Origin: an uncultured Hormoscilla sp.
Lineage (GTDB): Bacteria > Cyanobacteriota > Cyanobacteriia > Cyanobacteriales > Desertifilaceae
DNA length: 64,000 nucleotides
Assembly: GCA_963921275.4 (NCBI GenBank)
Contig: OZ001293.3
Coordinates: 4,576,001-4,640,000 of the forward strand
Reading direction: 5' to 3'
In this document: positions 11,471-22,717 of the stretch, piece by piece
Numbering within the stretch: position 1 is the stretch's first letter
Layout: each line of letters begins with the position of its first letter
Position numbers and translations under genes: made by a program
The notes under the pieces: generated by a model
What the model saw: the letters and a program-made list of their open reading frames with translations, nothing else
What the model was told of the DNA's origin: nothing
Database searches by the model: none

Positions 11471-11881
11471 ATGTCAAAAAACAGTTCTGGAAAATTCATC
11501 AGGGGTCTGTTGTTAGGTACTGTGATTGGAGGTGTAACTGGCATCCTGATGGCACCTCGGTCCGGACGACAGACGCGGCAGTTATTGGAAAAATCAGCTG
11601 AAGCTCTGCCAGAGTTGGCAGAGGATATCTCGGCAAATGTCCAAATTCAGGCAGACTGGCTCTCAGAAGCAACACTGCGCAATTTGGAGGAGACTCTTGA
11701 ACGACTCCGACTGGCGATCGCGGTGGCGATCGAGGCGGGAGCCAGGGAACAGGAAGCACTCTCTCAGCAGTATGCCTCCGATCCCGAAGATCTGTCCGAC
11801 GATCCTAATGAACAACTGCCTGGGGACACCCCATCAGAGACAGATTTACTTTTTTCTCAACAACAGGAACCATCGCTGTAG
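11471..11881 (+). CDS. YtxH domain protein
   Basis: FIRGLLLGTVIGGVTGILMAPRSGRQTR motif. Confidence 0.85.
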   Translation: MSKNSSGKFIRGLLLGTVIGGVTGILMAPRSGRQTRQLLEKSAEALPELAEDISANVQIQADWLSEATLRNLEETLERLRLAIAVAIEAGAREQEALSQQYASDPEDLSDDPNEQLPGDTPSETDLLFSQQQEPSL

Positions 11882-11890
11882 GTAAATTTT

Positions 11891-12532
11891 GTGCTCGATC
11901 CCCTCTTTTGGCTAGGACTATCTATCTTACTGGTTGCCGTCAGCCTCACCGCTGTGCTGGTGGCGGCCCTGCCCGCCTTACAGGAGTTGGCCAGAGCTGC
12001 TCGCAGTGCCGAAAAGCTCTTTGACACCCTCAGCCGCGAACTGCCCCCCACCCTAGAGTCCATCCGTCTGACCGGTCTGGAAATCAGCGATCTCACCGAT
12101 GAGGTGAACAAAGGAGTTCAAAGTGCCTCTCAGGTAGTCCAACAAGTCGATGAAAGCATCGATATTGCCAAAAAGCAGGCACAAAAAGTCCAAATTCACT
12201 ACAAAAGCATCTGGGCTGGCCTTAAAGCTGGCTGGAAAACCTTGACAAAAAGTAAAAAATATGCTAAAAAATATCGCCACCCGACCGCTCCTCTGCCTTC
12301 GTCAGCTGGAACTGCCCTAGACTTTGAGCCAGCTTCCGGTCATAAACGCACCGGCGATCGAAAAGGTGCAGAGCGATCGCAAGCGCGGCGAGAGGCTGAC
12401 TATTTGCCCAGTCAATATTTGCCGAAGCCAGAGTCAGACCGACCCTCATCTCAACCGGTGTCTCCTGGGAGCGCTACTCGCACTACCCAGGAGACACCGC
12501 CTGCACCTGTAGATCGGCGGGATGAATCCTGA
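11891..12532 (+). CDS. DUF948-like membrane protein
   Basis: MLDPLFWLGLSILLVAVSLTAVLVAALPALQELARAARSAEKLFDTL, a conserved cyanobacterial family. Confidence 0.8.
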   Translation: MLDPLFWLGLSILLVAVSLTAVLVAALPALQELARAARSAEKLFDTLSRELPPTLESIRLTGLEISDLTDEVNKGVQSASQVVQQVDESIDIAKKQAQKVQIHYKSIWAGLKAGWKTLTKSKKYAKKYRHPTAPLPSSAGTALDFEPASGHKRTGDRKGAERSQARREADYLPSQYLPKPESDRPSSQPVSPGSATRTTQETPPAPVDRRDES

Positions 12533-12701
12533 ACGAAGTCGTTACTTACAGCAAAAAATATTAAAATCAAGTAAACAAGTGTAAAGTTTCGTTAACAAAT
12601 CTGTGAATTTGGCGACTTCTGTTTCCCTCGGGAGCGCCTTAAGCACTACTCGGGGACACAGACTCGTACTGGGTGTTGTTGAAGTAATGATCGAGTTTCC
12701 T

Positions 12702-13508
12702 ATGCAAAAGCAGTTTTTTAAGAGACTTTTGGTATCGCTGATGGCAGGTGTGCTGGGTTTGTCAATCTGGGCTCACGCCCCCGCAACCGCCGGTGCATAT
12801 AATAATCCCGAATTACTCCCCGCTCGCCAGACTCCGATAATAGACTTAGGCAAAACTCTGGCCGATATACAAGAAGAAAGACTGGTCCAGGAATTAGAAG
12901 CATTTGAAAGGTCAACAGGCTGGAAACTGCGAGTTTTGACCCAATTTGACCGCACACCGGGGCGGGCGATCAAAGATTTTTGGGACCTGAATGAAAAAAC
13001 TGTGCTGCTGGTTGCCGACTTACGAGGCGGCAATATCCTCAATTTTAACCTCGGCGATGAGGTCTACAAACTCCTACCTCGTACCTTCTGGGTGGAGTTG
13101 CAAACCCGCTACGGCAACCAGTTCTTTGTGCGCGAGAATGGCGAAGACCAATCCATCATTCAATCTCTAGAATCAGTCAAAACTTGTTTGTCTCAGGGAG
13201 GTTGCCGAGTAGTGCCAGGACTACCCAGAGAACAATGGATTCTCACCCTGATTACCTCGGTGATTGGTGGACTGGTCTGTGGTGTGGCCGCTATTCCCCG
13301 CAAACCAGGACAGGTGTTTGCCTGGCAGTGGGCTTTGATGTTCTCACCCCTGTGGGGCATCCTGTTTATCGCCTTCGGCATAGGACCGGTGATAGCCAGG
13401 ACGACGGATTGGCTGCCCTTATTTCGGAATGTGATGGGTTTTCTGCTTGGTGTAATGGTTGCCTACCTTTCCCCCACCATTAGCCAATCTTCGGCATCTG
13501 AAACCTGA
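12702..13508 (+). CDS. TPM domain membrane protein
   Basis: Signal peptide, PELLP..TPIIDL, WKLRVLTQFDRTPG, ELQTRYGNQFFV, and three C-terminal TM helices. Confidence 0.82.
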   Translation: MQKQFFKRLLVSLMAGVLGLSIWAHAPATAGAYNNPELLPARQTPIIDLGKTLADIQEERLVQELEAFERSTGWKLRVLTQFDRTPGRAIKDFWDLNEKTVLLVADLRGGNILNFNLGDEVYKLLPRTFWVELQTRYGNQFFVRENGEDQSIIQSLESVKTCLSQGGCRVVPGLPREQWILTLITSVIGGLVCGVAAIPRKPGQVFAWQWALMFSPLWGILFIAFGIGPVIARTTDWLPLFRNVMGFLLGVMVAYLSPTISQSSASET

Positions 13509-13569
13509 ATGCTCAACTAGATCCAGGCTCTGATAAGCTGATAGCTGATAGCTGATAGCCGATCGCTAT

Positions 13570-14150
13570 ATGGAATGGCACATAACAGATACCCAAAGTC
13601 TGGCAATTATTGACCGAGAAATTGGAGCCCATAGCTTCTCACCGGCGGAGTACGAGATTGTCCGCCGGGTAGTTTATGCCACAGCTGATTTTGAATATAA
13701 GTCGCTGATCAAATTCTCTGACCAAGCCTTACAGTCTGGGGCCGCTGCGTTAGCGGCTCGTACTACTATTGTGGTAGATGTGCCGATGGTACAGGTAGGG
13801 ATTGTACACACTATCCAGAACACCTTTGCCAACCCTGTCTATTGCAGCATGGAAACTCTGACGCGCCCCCAAAGGGAAAAAACTAAGGCCGCTTGGGGCA
13901 TTGAAACCTTGGCGCGACGATACCCAGAGGGGATATTTGTGATCGGCGAGGCTCAGACGGCCCTATCAGCTTTGGTAGAACTAATTGAGATTGAGGTGAT
14001 TAGACCAGCTTTGGTGATTGGGGTACCAGCTGGCTTTGTGGAAGTGGATGTCACAAAAGACCGGCTGAATGACTCCCAGGTGCCTCACATTCGCATAGAA
14101 TGGATTGGTTGAACTAGCGTGGCAAGCTTATAGCCAAGAAGGCGCAGGTA
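13570..14150 (+). pseudogene. cobH: Precorrin-8X methylmutase-like, C-terminally disrupted
   Basis: CobH/CbiC motifs (IVRRVVYATADF, RPALVIGVPAGFV); the ORF ends IEWIG* with no GRKG motif, while NGLVELAWQAY continues in another frame. Confidence 0.75.
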
Positions 14151-14162
14151 TGGGTTAATTTT

Positions 14163-14888
14163 CTATTCCATCCTGGTCCGCTGGGATGATGTTCTACTCC
14201 GACGGCGGCGGGAGTCTCTGCCCGATCGCTTAGCGTGCGCGGAGCGCAATCGCAGTTTGCGACTAACTTCGACAAACAGGTCCCGCCGCAGGTACGGATA
14301 GTCACTCACCCACAGATTAAGACTGGGAATATAGATATCTGAGGTCTTGGCAATGCGGCTGAGGTCTGGTTTATTGGAGACTACTAGCATCTGGGCCACC
14401 ATCCCCACGTCGATCGATCGATATTCGCGGCGTATGGGAACCTGTAGCTGGCTCTGGAAACCAGACTCATCGCCCACTTCCAAGTTTAGCCTGCGCTCCC
14501 GGTTTTCTACGATCACTAATTCTCCCCGTGAGTTCACCGTTTCCTCCATGCCGATCACATCATCTGTGATAAAAACATCGAGTACCCGACCTTGCCAGAA
14601 GCCACTGTAGGGGTATTTCCGATACATTATATTCCTCCGACTTGCCCAGAAGATGGGACCCCACAGCCAGTAAGTCCCTACTGTAATGCCAACGGCAAAT
14701 ATAAAGATCCCAAGGCTTTGACCAAAGGGCGAGATGCGTAAGAAAAAGACAATCACGACGCCAATGACTGAAATTAATAGGCGTCTGAGAAAATCTGGGA
14801 ATTTTCCCCAATAATATTGGTACTGGCTACCAGTAGCGACAGTAGGTATCAGTTCTTCAAATGTATTGCGAGTTATTGAAATTAACAT
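14163..14888 (-). CDS. Conserved cyanobacterial membrane protein of unknown function
   Basis: 241-aa ORF with two TM helices and the motifs VENRERRLNLEVGD and WVSDYPYLRRD. Confidence 0.75.
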   Translation of the reverse strand: MLISITRNTFEELIPTVATGSQYQYYWGKFPDFLRRLLISVIGVVIVFFLRISPFGQSLGIFIFAVGITVGTYWLWGPIFWASRRNIMYRKYPYSGFWQGRVLDVFITDDVIGMEETVNSRGELVIVENRERRLNLEVGDESGFQSQLQVPIRREYRSIDVGMVAQMLVVSNKPDLSRIAKTSDIYIPSLNLWVSDYPYLRRDLFVEVSRKLRLRSAHAKRSGRDSRRRRSRTSSQRTRME

Positions 14889-14894
14889 TGATTT

Positions 14895-15246
14895 GGTTAG
14901 TTGTCAGGGGTTAGTTGTCAGTGGTTAGTTGTTAGTGGTTAGTTGTCAGTGGTTAGTTGTTAGTTTTTAGCAGATTGGGCCCGTTTATGGGTAGTAATAA
15001 TTATACAGCAAGTGGCGATCAGGCAGGCTTGGGCAATAGTCAAGCGACTCGACAGCATGAAAGCCTTAGATTATTCATTTCATCAATTCCTCTTACTGTC
15101 AGGTTGAGAAAGAAGTATTATAGATTAGTATACCTCGTCATGAGTTCCAATGTCAATAAAATTAAAAATTCAAAATTGACAACCCACAACTGACAACCCA
15201 TAACCGACAACCCATAACTGACAACCCACAACTGACAACCCACAAC
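14895..15246. repeat. Heptamer STRR arrays (TTAGTTG/TCAGTGG and TGACAAC/CCACAAC), inverted relative to each other
   Basis: Arrays at ~14895-14965 and ~15177-15246. Confidence 0.7.
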
Positions 15247-15269
15247 TTTTACTGACTCTTCTCAACCTA

Positions 15270-15421
15270 GTATGCTAAATTTATAGCTAATGTGCCTGAA
15301 ACCCTTTACCCATGCTGGTTCCAACGCCTGTGCATTGCATATCAGTCGCTCTCGAGCGACGACAACCTCAAACCCATGCAAACTTTTGGTTTGAGGCTAT
15401 GAGGATGGCAATTTAGCATAC
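15270..15421. mobile_element. MITE-like element
   Basis: Perfect 12-bp terminal IRs GTATGCTAAATT / AATTTAGCATAC; no clear TSD. Confidence 0.5.
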
Positions 15422-15463
15422 CATTTCACGAAGAGCCCTTTTACTTAAAGGAGGCTAGGCAAG

Positions 15464-15715
15464 ATGAACAGTACAAAAACCATGCCCGTTCTACCCGTAG
15501 AAGCTTATACTTCTCAAGAATGGTTCGATAAGGAACCAAAATACATCTTTAGTCGCACCTAACAGTTTGCGAGTTTTGTGGAAGATTTAACCGCACCTGG
15601 AGAATATATTACAGTTCAAGCTGGACTTAACAATATTCTGATTATTTATGGCGAAGACAAGCAATTAAGAGCCTTTCACAACCTTTGTCGCCATCGCGGA
15701 ACTCAGTTATTACGG
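15464..15715 (+). pseudogene. Rieske aromatic-ring-hydroxylating oxygenase alpha subunit, 5' fragment
   Basis: RBS AAGGAGG; MNSTKTMPVLPVEAYTSQEWFD..IFSRT*QFA..PGEYITV..LRAFHNLCRHRG with an internal stop; truncated after the first Rieske motif. Confidence 0.8.
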
Positions 15716-15899
15716 GTGCATCCCAAAGTTTTGCTAAGTACAAATATTTAGATTAAAGAGAGAGGCTTTTAGGATAATCTACCCGCAGCTTCCTCTGGGC
15801 TGTAACTAAAGATAGCATTACTAGCTATCAACTACTCTGAAGGGCATTAATTGAACAAGCAGTTAAGAAATTTCGCCGCATTGTTAGCAATAGGCGGAC

Positions 15900-16490
15900 T
15901 TTCCCGTGCCGCCCAATAATTGGATATAGGAGTTTGGGGGAGACTCCCGAGAACGCGAATGGAAGCAGAAGCGATTCTCGGCCTGGTGCCCAAATCAGAG
16001 AGTACCCATGCTTTTGATTTTGCTGCCAATCGTGCTACTGTGACTAATCTCCAACTCAGTCAGTACCAAATTATCCATTTTGCTACCCACGGACTCCTGA
16101 ATAGCGTCAATCCGGAACTTTCTGGGATTGTCTTGTCGATGGTGGACGAACGGGCAAACTCCCAGAATGGCTTTTTGCGTATGCATGATGTTTTCAACCT
16201 CGATCTTGCCGCCGACTTAGTAGTTTTGAGTGCCTGTAAAACTGGATTAGGGAAACAAGTGCGAGGAGAAGGATTAGTGGGATTAACCAGGGGATTTATG
16301 TATGCAGATGCGCCCCAGTATTAGTGAGTTTGTGGGATATAGACGATGCTGCGACTGCCGAAATGATGAAGAGATTCTACCGCTTGATGTTAAAAGAAAA
16401 ATTATCAGCAACGGAGGCATTAAGAGCAGCACAGCGGCAGATACAAACCGAAACCAAGTGGAAATCACCTTTTTGTATGCAGCGATCGCC
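15900..16490 (+). pseudogene. CHAT domain protein, 3' fragment
   Basis: IIHFATHG, LVVLSACKTGLG, EGLVGLTRGFMYA, then frameshifted SLWDIDD..ATAEMM; no 5' part. Confidence 0.85.
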
Positions 16491-17236
16491 TGTGGTTTCA
16501 GGGCGATCGCCTTTTGGTGGCATGCGATCGCCTCTGCTAAGTTCCCCCATCCTTGATAGCAGTTACCCAACTGATTATAAAATTCCGCCTGTTCTGGTTT
16601 AATGGCAATGGCTTTTTTATAATAGGCGATCGCCTCTTTTCTGCGGTCATACTCTTCCATAATTCTAGCCAATTTATAGTAAACTTCCGCACCGTTGACG
16701 TTAATGCTGATGACCTTTTCGTAGCAGGCGAGCGCCTGTTGGTAATGAGCGCATTCGCCTCTCGATAACGCTTTTCCTCCTTCAGCATCGCCGCCAATTT
16801 TTCATGGGCCGCTCCACTCCGGATCAGCGGTACCACTTGCTGGTGCGTCTCGCGCGGCCTCTAATCTTTTTCCCTGTTTTTCCAGGGCCCAAGCCAGGTT
16901 ATTATAAGCATCAAGATAATCAGGCTTCACTGCGAGCGCCTGTTTGTAGGCAGCGATCGCCTGTTCTCTTTTTCCTTGTTGCCAGAAGCTAGACCCCAGA
17001 TTATTATAAGCCTCATGGTAATCTGGCTTTATGGATATCACCTGTTGGAAATAGCCGATCGCCCGATCGTATTCCTTCGTCCGATAAGCAATAATTCCCA
17101 GCAGAAGCATAGCCTCTAACTGGTGAGGCTGCTGTTCTAGCATCGCCAAATAAACAGCCCTCGCTTTATCCATACGTCCGGCTTTGTAGTGACTCAAAGC
17201 CTCTCTTAACCAATCGTTACCTGCTTGCTGTACCAT
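16490..17236 (-). pseudogene. TPR-glycosyltransferase paralog, truncated and frameshifted
   Basis: Same start (MVQQAGNDWLREAL) and upstream ~100 bp as 19642; split into three frames; lacks the GT domain. Confidence 0.85.
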
Positions 17237-17632
17237 TTCACCTCCTAATCATAACAGACAAACCAACGTTAATCATAGCTTCAATTTCCAACTGTTTAAT
17301 TTCTGATTCCCGGGATATTTTATTTTAACAGACCTGCGGCTGGAAAACTCCTTCCAGGAACAACAATTTCCTGGAATAATTTCTCTTCTAATTCTACATC
17401 TATGCTGCACCACCACAACAGGCCCAATGCCAAAAAGTGAGAAACTGCCAGTCCGATAGAGTTAACCCCTTTTCTTCTTATTCTCAACCCCGATCGCGTA
17501 GCGTGCGCGCAGCGCATTCGATGGAAATTACCTGAATTTTTGGTTGTTGCTCTAACAACTCACCCGCGGAGGCGCGATCCGGGAGGTTCTCCCGATACCG
17601 CCTTCGGCGCGCTCTTCGCTGTTAATACTGCT

Positions 17633-19642
17633 TTAACCTGGGCAAACACACTCGGCCAGTCTCCCAGTTTTGTTTGACGATCGGGGCCGCATCGTGGGAT
17701 ACCAAGGGCTATCCGATCGATCGAGGAACCAGCGCCAGTCAGGAGAAAAAGGTAACAGCACCCAGACAGGTTTTCCTAAAGCACCTGCTAGATGGGCAAC
17801 TGATGTATCTACAAAAATTACTAAGTCTAATTGTGAGATAACAGCAGCAGAAGAGGCGAAGTCATTCAACAGCTCTCTTAAATCCTGTATAGGTGCCCCA
17901 TCCAGGATATCTGTATGTTCCTTTTGCAAACTATAAAGAAAAATCCCTAATATCTGCGACAGTTCCAGAAACAGGGAAACCGGACAAGACCGCTTGCTAG
18001 CTGTAGGACTTTTAGCATTAACAGCCCACACAATGCCGACTTTTACTTCTCCTTCCGTTCGTAGCAAGCCACTGTACTTGACGGTGTCCTTCTCTTCAGC
18101 GTACAAATAGGGTATTCGAGCCGGAATAGTTTCTATAGTCGTACCCAGGATGCGGGGGAGACTCATCAGGGGGACTTGCACGTCAAATGCTGGTAATGGT
18201 TCGCCCATGACTACCACCTCCTGAACGCCAGAGACCGTAGTAAACAAGCGCCTGAGATCTGGATATGTTTCCACAATTACTTTACCAGCACCCAGCTGGG
18301 TTACTAAGGGCGCGTAACGGATGAATTGGATAGCGTCCCCGTGTCCCTGTTCTGTATGTAAAAGAATAGTTTTTCCTGCCAGTGGCGAACCGTCCCAAAG
18401 AGGTTTTCCCCCATCGCGCAGCGTGGCGCAGCCATAGCGTTGTTCCGGGGTCTGTCCCCGGAACAACCATGATGAATGGCGCCAGCGCCATTCATATTCT
18501 ACAAATCCTTGGCTCAAGTCCTGCAATAATAACAAGCACCTTCCCAGATTTAAGTGAGCCCTTACTGCATCTGGGTTTAAGGCAATAACATGACGGTAAT
18601 AGCCGATCGCCTCTTGTAATTTCAGTTTTTTTCGCAGGGCAAAACCCAGGTTGCTGTAGACTTCGGCAAGGTCTGGTTTCAGGGCGATCGCCTTTTGGTG
18701 GCATGCGATCGCCTCTGCAAACTTACGCTGCTCTTGCCAAGCGGTCCCCATCCTATTGTAAGCTTCTGGATAATCTGGTTTAATTGCCAGAGCCTGACGA
18801 TATTGTCCGATCGCCTCTGCTATTTTACCCTGCTTTTGCAGTATCACCCCCAGGTCGCAATTTGCGTCCAGATAGTTCGGCTTTAAGGCGATCGCCTGTT
18901 CATACTGCCTCGCCGCCTCTGCTAACTTTTCACATCTTTGATAGCATTTCCCCAACTGATTGTAAAATTTCGCTTCTGGTTTAATGGCAATGGCTTTTTC
19001 ATAATAGGCGATAGCCTCTTCTCTGCGGTCCTGCTCTTCCATAATTTTAGCCGCATTATAGTAAGCATCCGCACATTTGGGGTCAATGCCCCGAGCCCCC
19101 TTTTCGTAGCAGGCGATCTCTTGTTGGTAATGAGCGAGCGCCTCTTGATAACGCTTTCCTTGGCGACGCATCGCCGCCAATTTTTCAGGGGTCGCGCCAC
19201 TCGGGATCAGCGATCCCACTTGCTGGTCAGTCTCCTTCGCGTAGCGTGCGCGCAGCTCGATCGCCTCTAATCTTTTTCCCTGTTTTTCCAGGGCCAAAAC
19301 CAGGTTATCATAAGCATTAAGATAATCAGGCTTCACTGCGATCGCCTGTTTGTAGGCAGCGATCGCCTGTTCGATTTTTCCCTGTTCCCAGAAGCAAGCC
19401 CCCAGATTATTATAAGTCTCAGGCCAATCTGGCTTTATAGATATCACCTGTTGAAAATAGCCGATCGCCCGATCGTATTCCCTCGTCTGATAAGCAATAA
19501 TTCCTAGCATCTGCATAGCCTCTACCTTGTGAGGCTGCTGTTCTAGCATCGCCAAATAAACAGCCCTCGCTTCATTCAGACGTCCGGCTTGGTAGTGACT
19601 CAAAGCCTCTCTTAACCAATCGTTCCCTGCTTGCTGTACCAT
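17633..19642 (-). CDS. TPR-repeat protein with C-terminal GT9-like glycosyltransferase domain (extreme C-terminus frameshifted)
   Basis: Multiple TPRs, then YEWRW, WDGSPLAGKTILLHTEQGHGDAIQFIRY, DTSVAHLAGALGKP, DWRWFLDRSDSPWYPTMR. Confidence 0.88.
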   Translation of the reverse strand: MVQQAGNDWLREALSHYQAGRLNEARAVYLAMLEQQPHKVEAMQMLGIIAYQTREYDRAIGYFQQVISIKPDWPETYNNLGACFWEQGKIEQAIAAYKQAIAVKPDYLNAYDNLVLALEKQGKRLEAIELRARYAKETDQQVGSLIPSGATPEKLAAMRRQGKRYQEALAHYQQEIACYEKGARGIDPKCADAYYNAAKIMEEQDRREEAIAYYEKAIAIKPEAKFYNQLGKCYQRCEKLAEAARQYEQAIALKPNYLDANCDLGVILQKQGKIAEAIGQYRQALAIKPDYPEAYNRMGTAWQEQRKFAEAIACHQKAIALKPDLAEVYSNLGFALRKKLKLQEAIGYYRHVIALNPDAVRAHLNLGRCLLLLQDLSQGFVEYEWRWRHSSWLFRGQTPEQRYGCATLRDGGKPLWDGSPLAGKTILLHTEQGHGDAIQFIRYAPLVTQLGAGKVIVETYPDLRRLFTTVSGVQEVVVMGEPLPAFDVQVPLMSLPRILGTTIETIPARIPYLYAEEKDTVKYSGLLRTEGEVKVGIVWAVNAKSPTASKRSCPVSLFLELSQILGIFLYSLQKEHTDILDGAPIQDLRELLNDFASSAAVISQLDLVIFVDTSVAHLAGALGKPVWVLLPFSPDWRWFLDRSDSPWYPTMRPRSSNKTGRLAECVCPG

Positions 19643-19836
19643 TTCACCTCCTAATCATAACAGACAAACCAACGTTAATCATAGCTTCAATTTCCAACTG
19701 TTTAATTTCTGATTCCCGGGATATTTTATTTTAACAGACCCTCCGACGGAAATTACCTGAATTTTTGGTTATTGCTCTCACAACTCACCCACGGAGGCGC
19801 GATCCGGGAGGCGCGCTCTTCGCTGTTAATGCTGCC

Positions 19837-22098
19837 TTAACCTGAGCAAACACACTCGGCCAGTCTCCCAGTTTTGTTTGACGATCGGGGCCGCATCGTG
19901 GGATACCAAGGGCTATCCGATCGATCTAGGAACCAGCGCCAGTTAGGAGAAAAAGGTAACAGCACCCAGACAGGTTTTCCTAAAGCACCTGCTAGATGGG
20001 CAACTGATGTATCTACAGAAATTACTAAGTCTAATTGTGAGATAACAGCAGCCGAAGAGGCGAAGTCATGCAACAGCTCTCTTAAATCTTGTATAGGTGC
20101 CCCATCCAGGATATCTGTATGTTCCTTTTGCAAACTATAAAGAGAAACTCCTGGTATCTGCGACAGTTCCAGAAATAGGGACACTGGACAAGACCGCTTG
20201 CTAGCTGTAAGACTTTTAGCATTAGCAGCCCACACAATGCCGACCTTTACCCTGTATTCGGGATGCGCCGTTCGTAGTACTCCACTGTACTTGACGGCGC
20301 CTTCCGCGTGCTCTTGTCCTTCAGGACAAAGGCCAGCTCCAGGCACCGCAGCTTCCTTCTCTTCAGCGTACAAATAGGGTATTCGAGCCGGAATGGTTTC
20401 TATAGTCGTACCCAGGATGCGGGGGAGACTCATCAGGGAAACTTGCAGGTCAAAGGCTGGTAATGGTTCGCCCTTGACTACCACCTGCTGAAGGCCAGAG
20501 ACCGTAGTAAACAAGCGTCTGAGAGTCGGATAGGTTTCCAGAATCACTTTACCAGCACCCCGCTGGGCTACTAAGGGCGCGTAACGGACGAACTGGATAG
20601 CGTCCCCGTGTCCCTGTTCTGTATGTAGGAAAATAGTTTTTCTTGCCAGTGGCGAACCATCCCAAGGGGGTTTTCCCAAGCGTTCTTCCGGGGTCCGTGC
20701 CCGGAAAAACTCTACTTTTAGGCGCCGGTCCCATTCAATTTATACAAATCCTTGTCGAAAATTCTGCAATAATAATAAGCACATTCCCAGACCCATGTGG
20801 GCCATTGCTGCATCTGGCTTTAAAACAATAGCATGGCGGTAATAGCCGATCGCCTCTTGTAATTTCAGTTGTTCTCGCAGGGCAAAACCCAGGTTGCTGT
20901 AGACTTCGGCAAGGTCTGGTTTCAGGGCGATCGCCTTTTGGTAGCATGCGATCGCCTCTGCTAACTTACCCTGATTTTGCCAAGCGGTCCCCATCCTATT
21001 GTAAGCTTCTGGATAATCTGGTTTAATTGCCAGAGCCTGGCAATATTGTCTGATCGCTTCTGCTATTTTACGCTGCTTTTGCAGTATCACCCCCAGGTTG
21101 CAAATTGCTTCTAGATAGTTCGGCTTTAAGGCGATCGCCCGTTCATACTGTCTCGCCGCCTCTGCTAAGTTCCCACATCTTTGATAGTATGCACCCAACC
21201 TATTGTACAATTTCGCCTCTGGTTTAATGGCAATGGCTTTTTTACAATAGGCGATCGCCTCTTCTCTGCGGTCCTGCTCTTCCATAATTCTGGCCGCCTT
21301 ATAGTAAGCATCCGCATAGTTGGGGTCAATGCTGATAGCCTTTTCGTAGCAGGCGAGCGCTTGTTCCTTATGGCCCAAGGAGTGCAAAACTACGCCCAAA
21401 TTATTGTGCAGGCCCATATCCTGGGGATTGAGAGCGATCGCCTCCCGGTATACCGATACTGCTTCTGCTAGCTTCCCGGTATTTTGGAGACATACCCCCA
21501 ACAAATTCATGGTTTTGCTATTTCCCGGATGGGCCAATAGCGCTTGGCGACAGAGGGCGATCGCCTTGTCTTTTTCTCTCTTTTGATACCAACTCATCGC
21601 CTGTTGGTAATGAGCGCTCGCCTCTTGATAACGCTTTTCCTCCTTCAGCATCGCCGCCGATTTTTCATGGGCCGCTCCACTCCGAATCAGCGGTACCACT
21701 TGCTGGTGCGTCTCGCGCATATCTAATCTTTTTCCCTGTTTTTCCAGGGCCAAAACCAGGTTATCATAAGCATCAAGATAATCAGGATTCACTGCGATCG
21801 CCTGTTTGTAAGCAGCGATCGCCTGTTCGATTTTTCCCTGTTTTCAGAAGCAAGCCCCCAGATTATTATAAGTCTCATGCCAATTTGGCTTTATAGACAT
21901 CACCTGTTGGAAATAGTTGATTGCTCGATCGTATTCCCTCGTCCGATAAGCAATAATTCCCAGCATCTGCATAGCCTCTACCTGGTGAGGCTGCTGTTTG
22001 AGCATCGCCAAATAAACAGCCCTCGCTTCATTCAGACGTCCGGCTTTGTAGTGACCCAAAGCCTTTCTTAACCAATCATTATCCGCTTGCTGTACCAT
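19837..22098 (-). pseudogene. TPR-glycosyltransferase paralog broken into three ORFs
   Basis: TGG>TGA stop at 21844 and a frameshift near 20740; high DNA identity to 17633-19642. Confidence 0.88.
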
Positions 22099-22717
22099 TT
22101 CACCTCCTAATCATAACAGACAAACCAACGTTAATCATAGCTTCAATTTCCAACTGTTGAATTTCTGATTCCCGGGATATTTTATTTTAACAGACCCTCC
22201 GACGGAAATTACCTGAGTTTTTGGCGGTTCTCCCGATACCGCAAGTTATTGCTCTCACAACTCACCCAGGACATGCGATCCGGCCGCTCGACAGTGCTCT
22301 CGTCTTGCGGTGAGCGAAGTCAAACCGGCGGTGAGCAAAGTCGAACCGCAAGACGAGAGTCGGGCTAGTATTACACTAGCACATCAAAATCAATTCAGCA
22401 ACTTTAAAGTAAAGCATAATTTCTTTGCCAACACCATGGTAATAGTAGATGAATTACAACAGCACTCCGAGCAGATAATTATGTTAGCATATTAGATGGT
22501 AGTGTGTTGGCTAGCACCGGTAGTCTTAGATATTTACTTTGCCGCTGGGAGCTTGTAGCTTTGGTTCCGAAAAAACCAGTTACACCGGGAGAGTCGCGCG
22601 AAAAGCGCTTGCCGTTGGAAAACACCCCACCGCCCGAACTTTAAAAAACCCGGCTACACCTTTCCTACCCGCCTCCGCAGGCTAATACTCTCGTCACCGA
22701 CAATTTATGAAGTTGTT

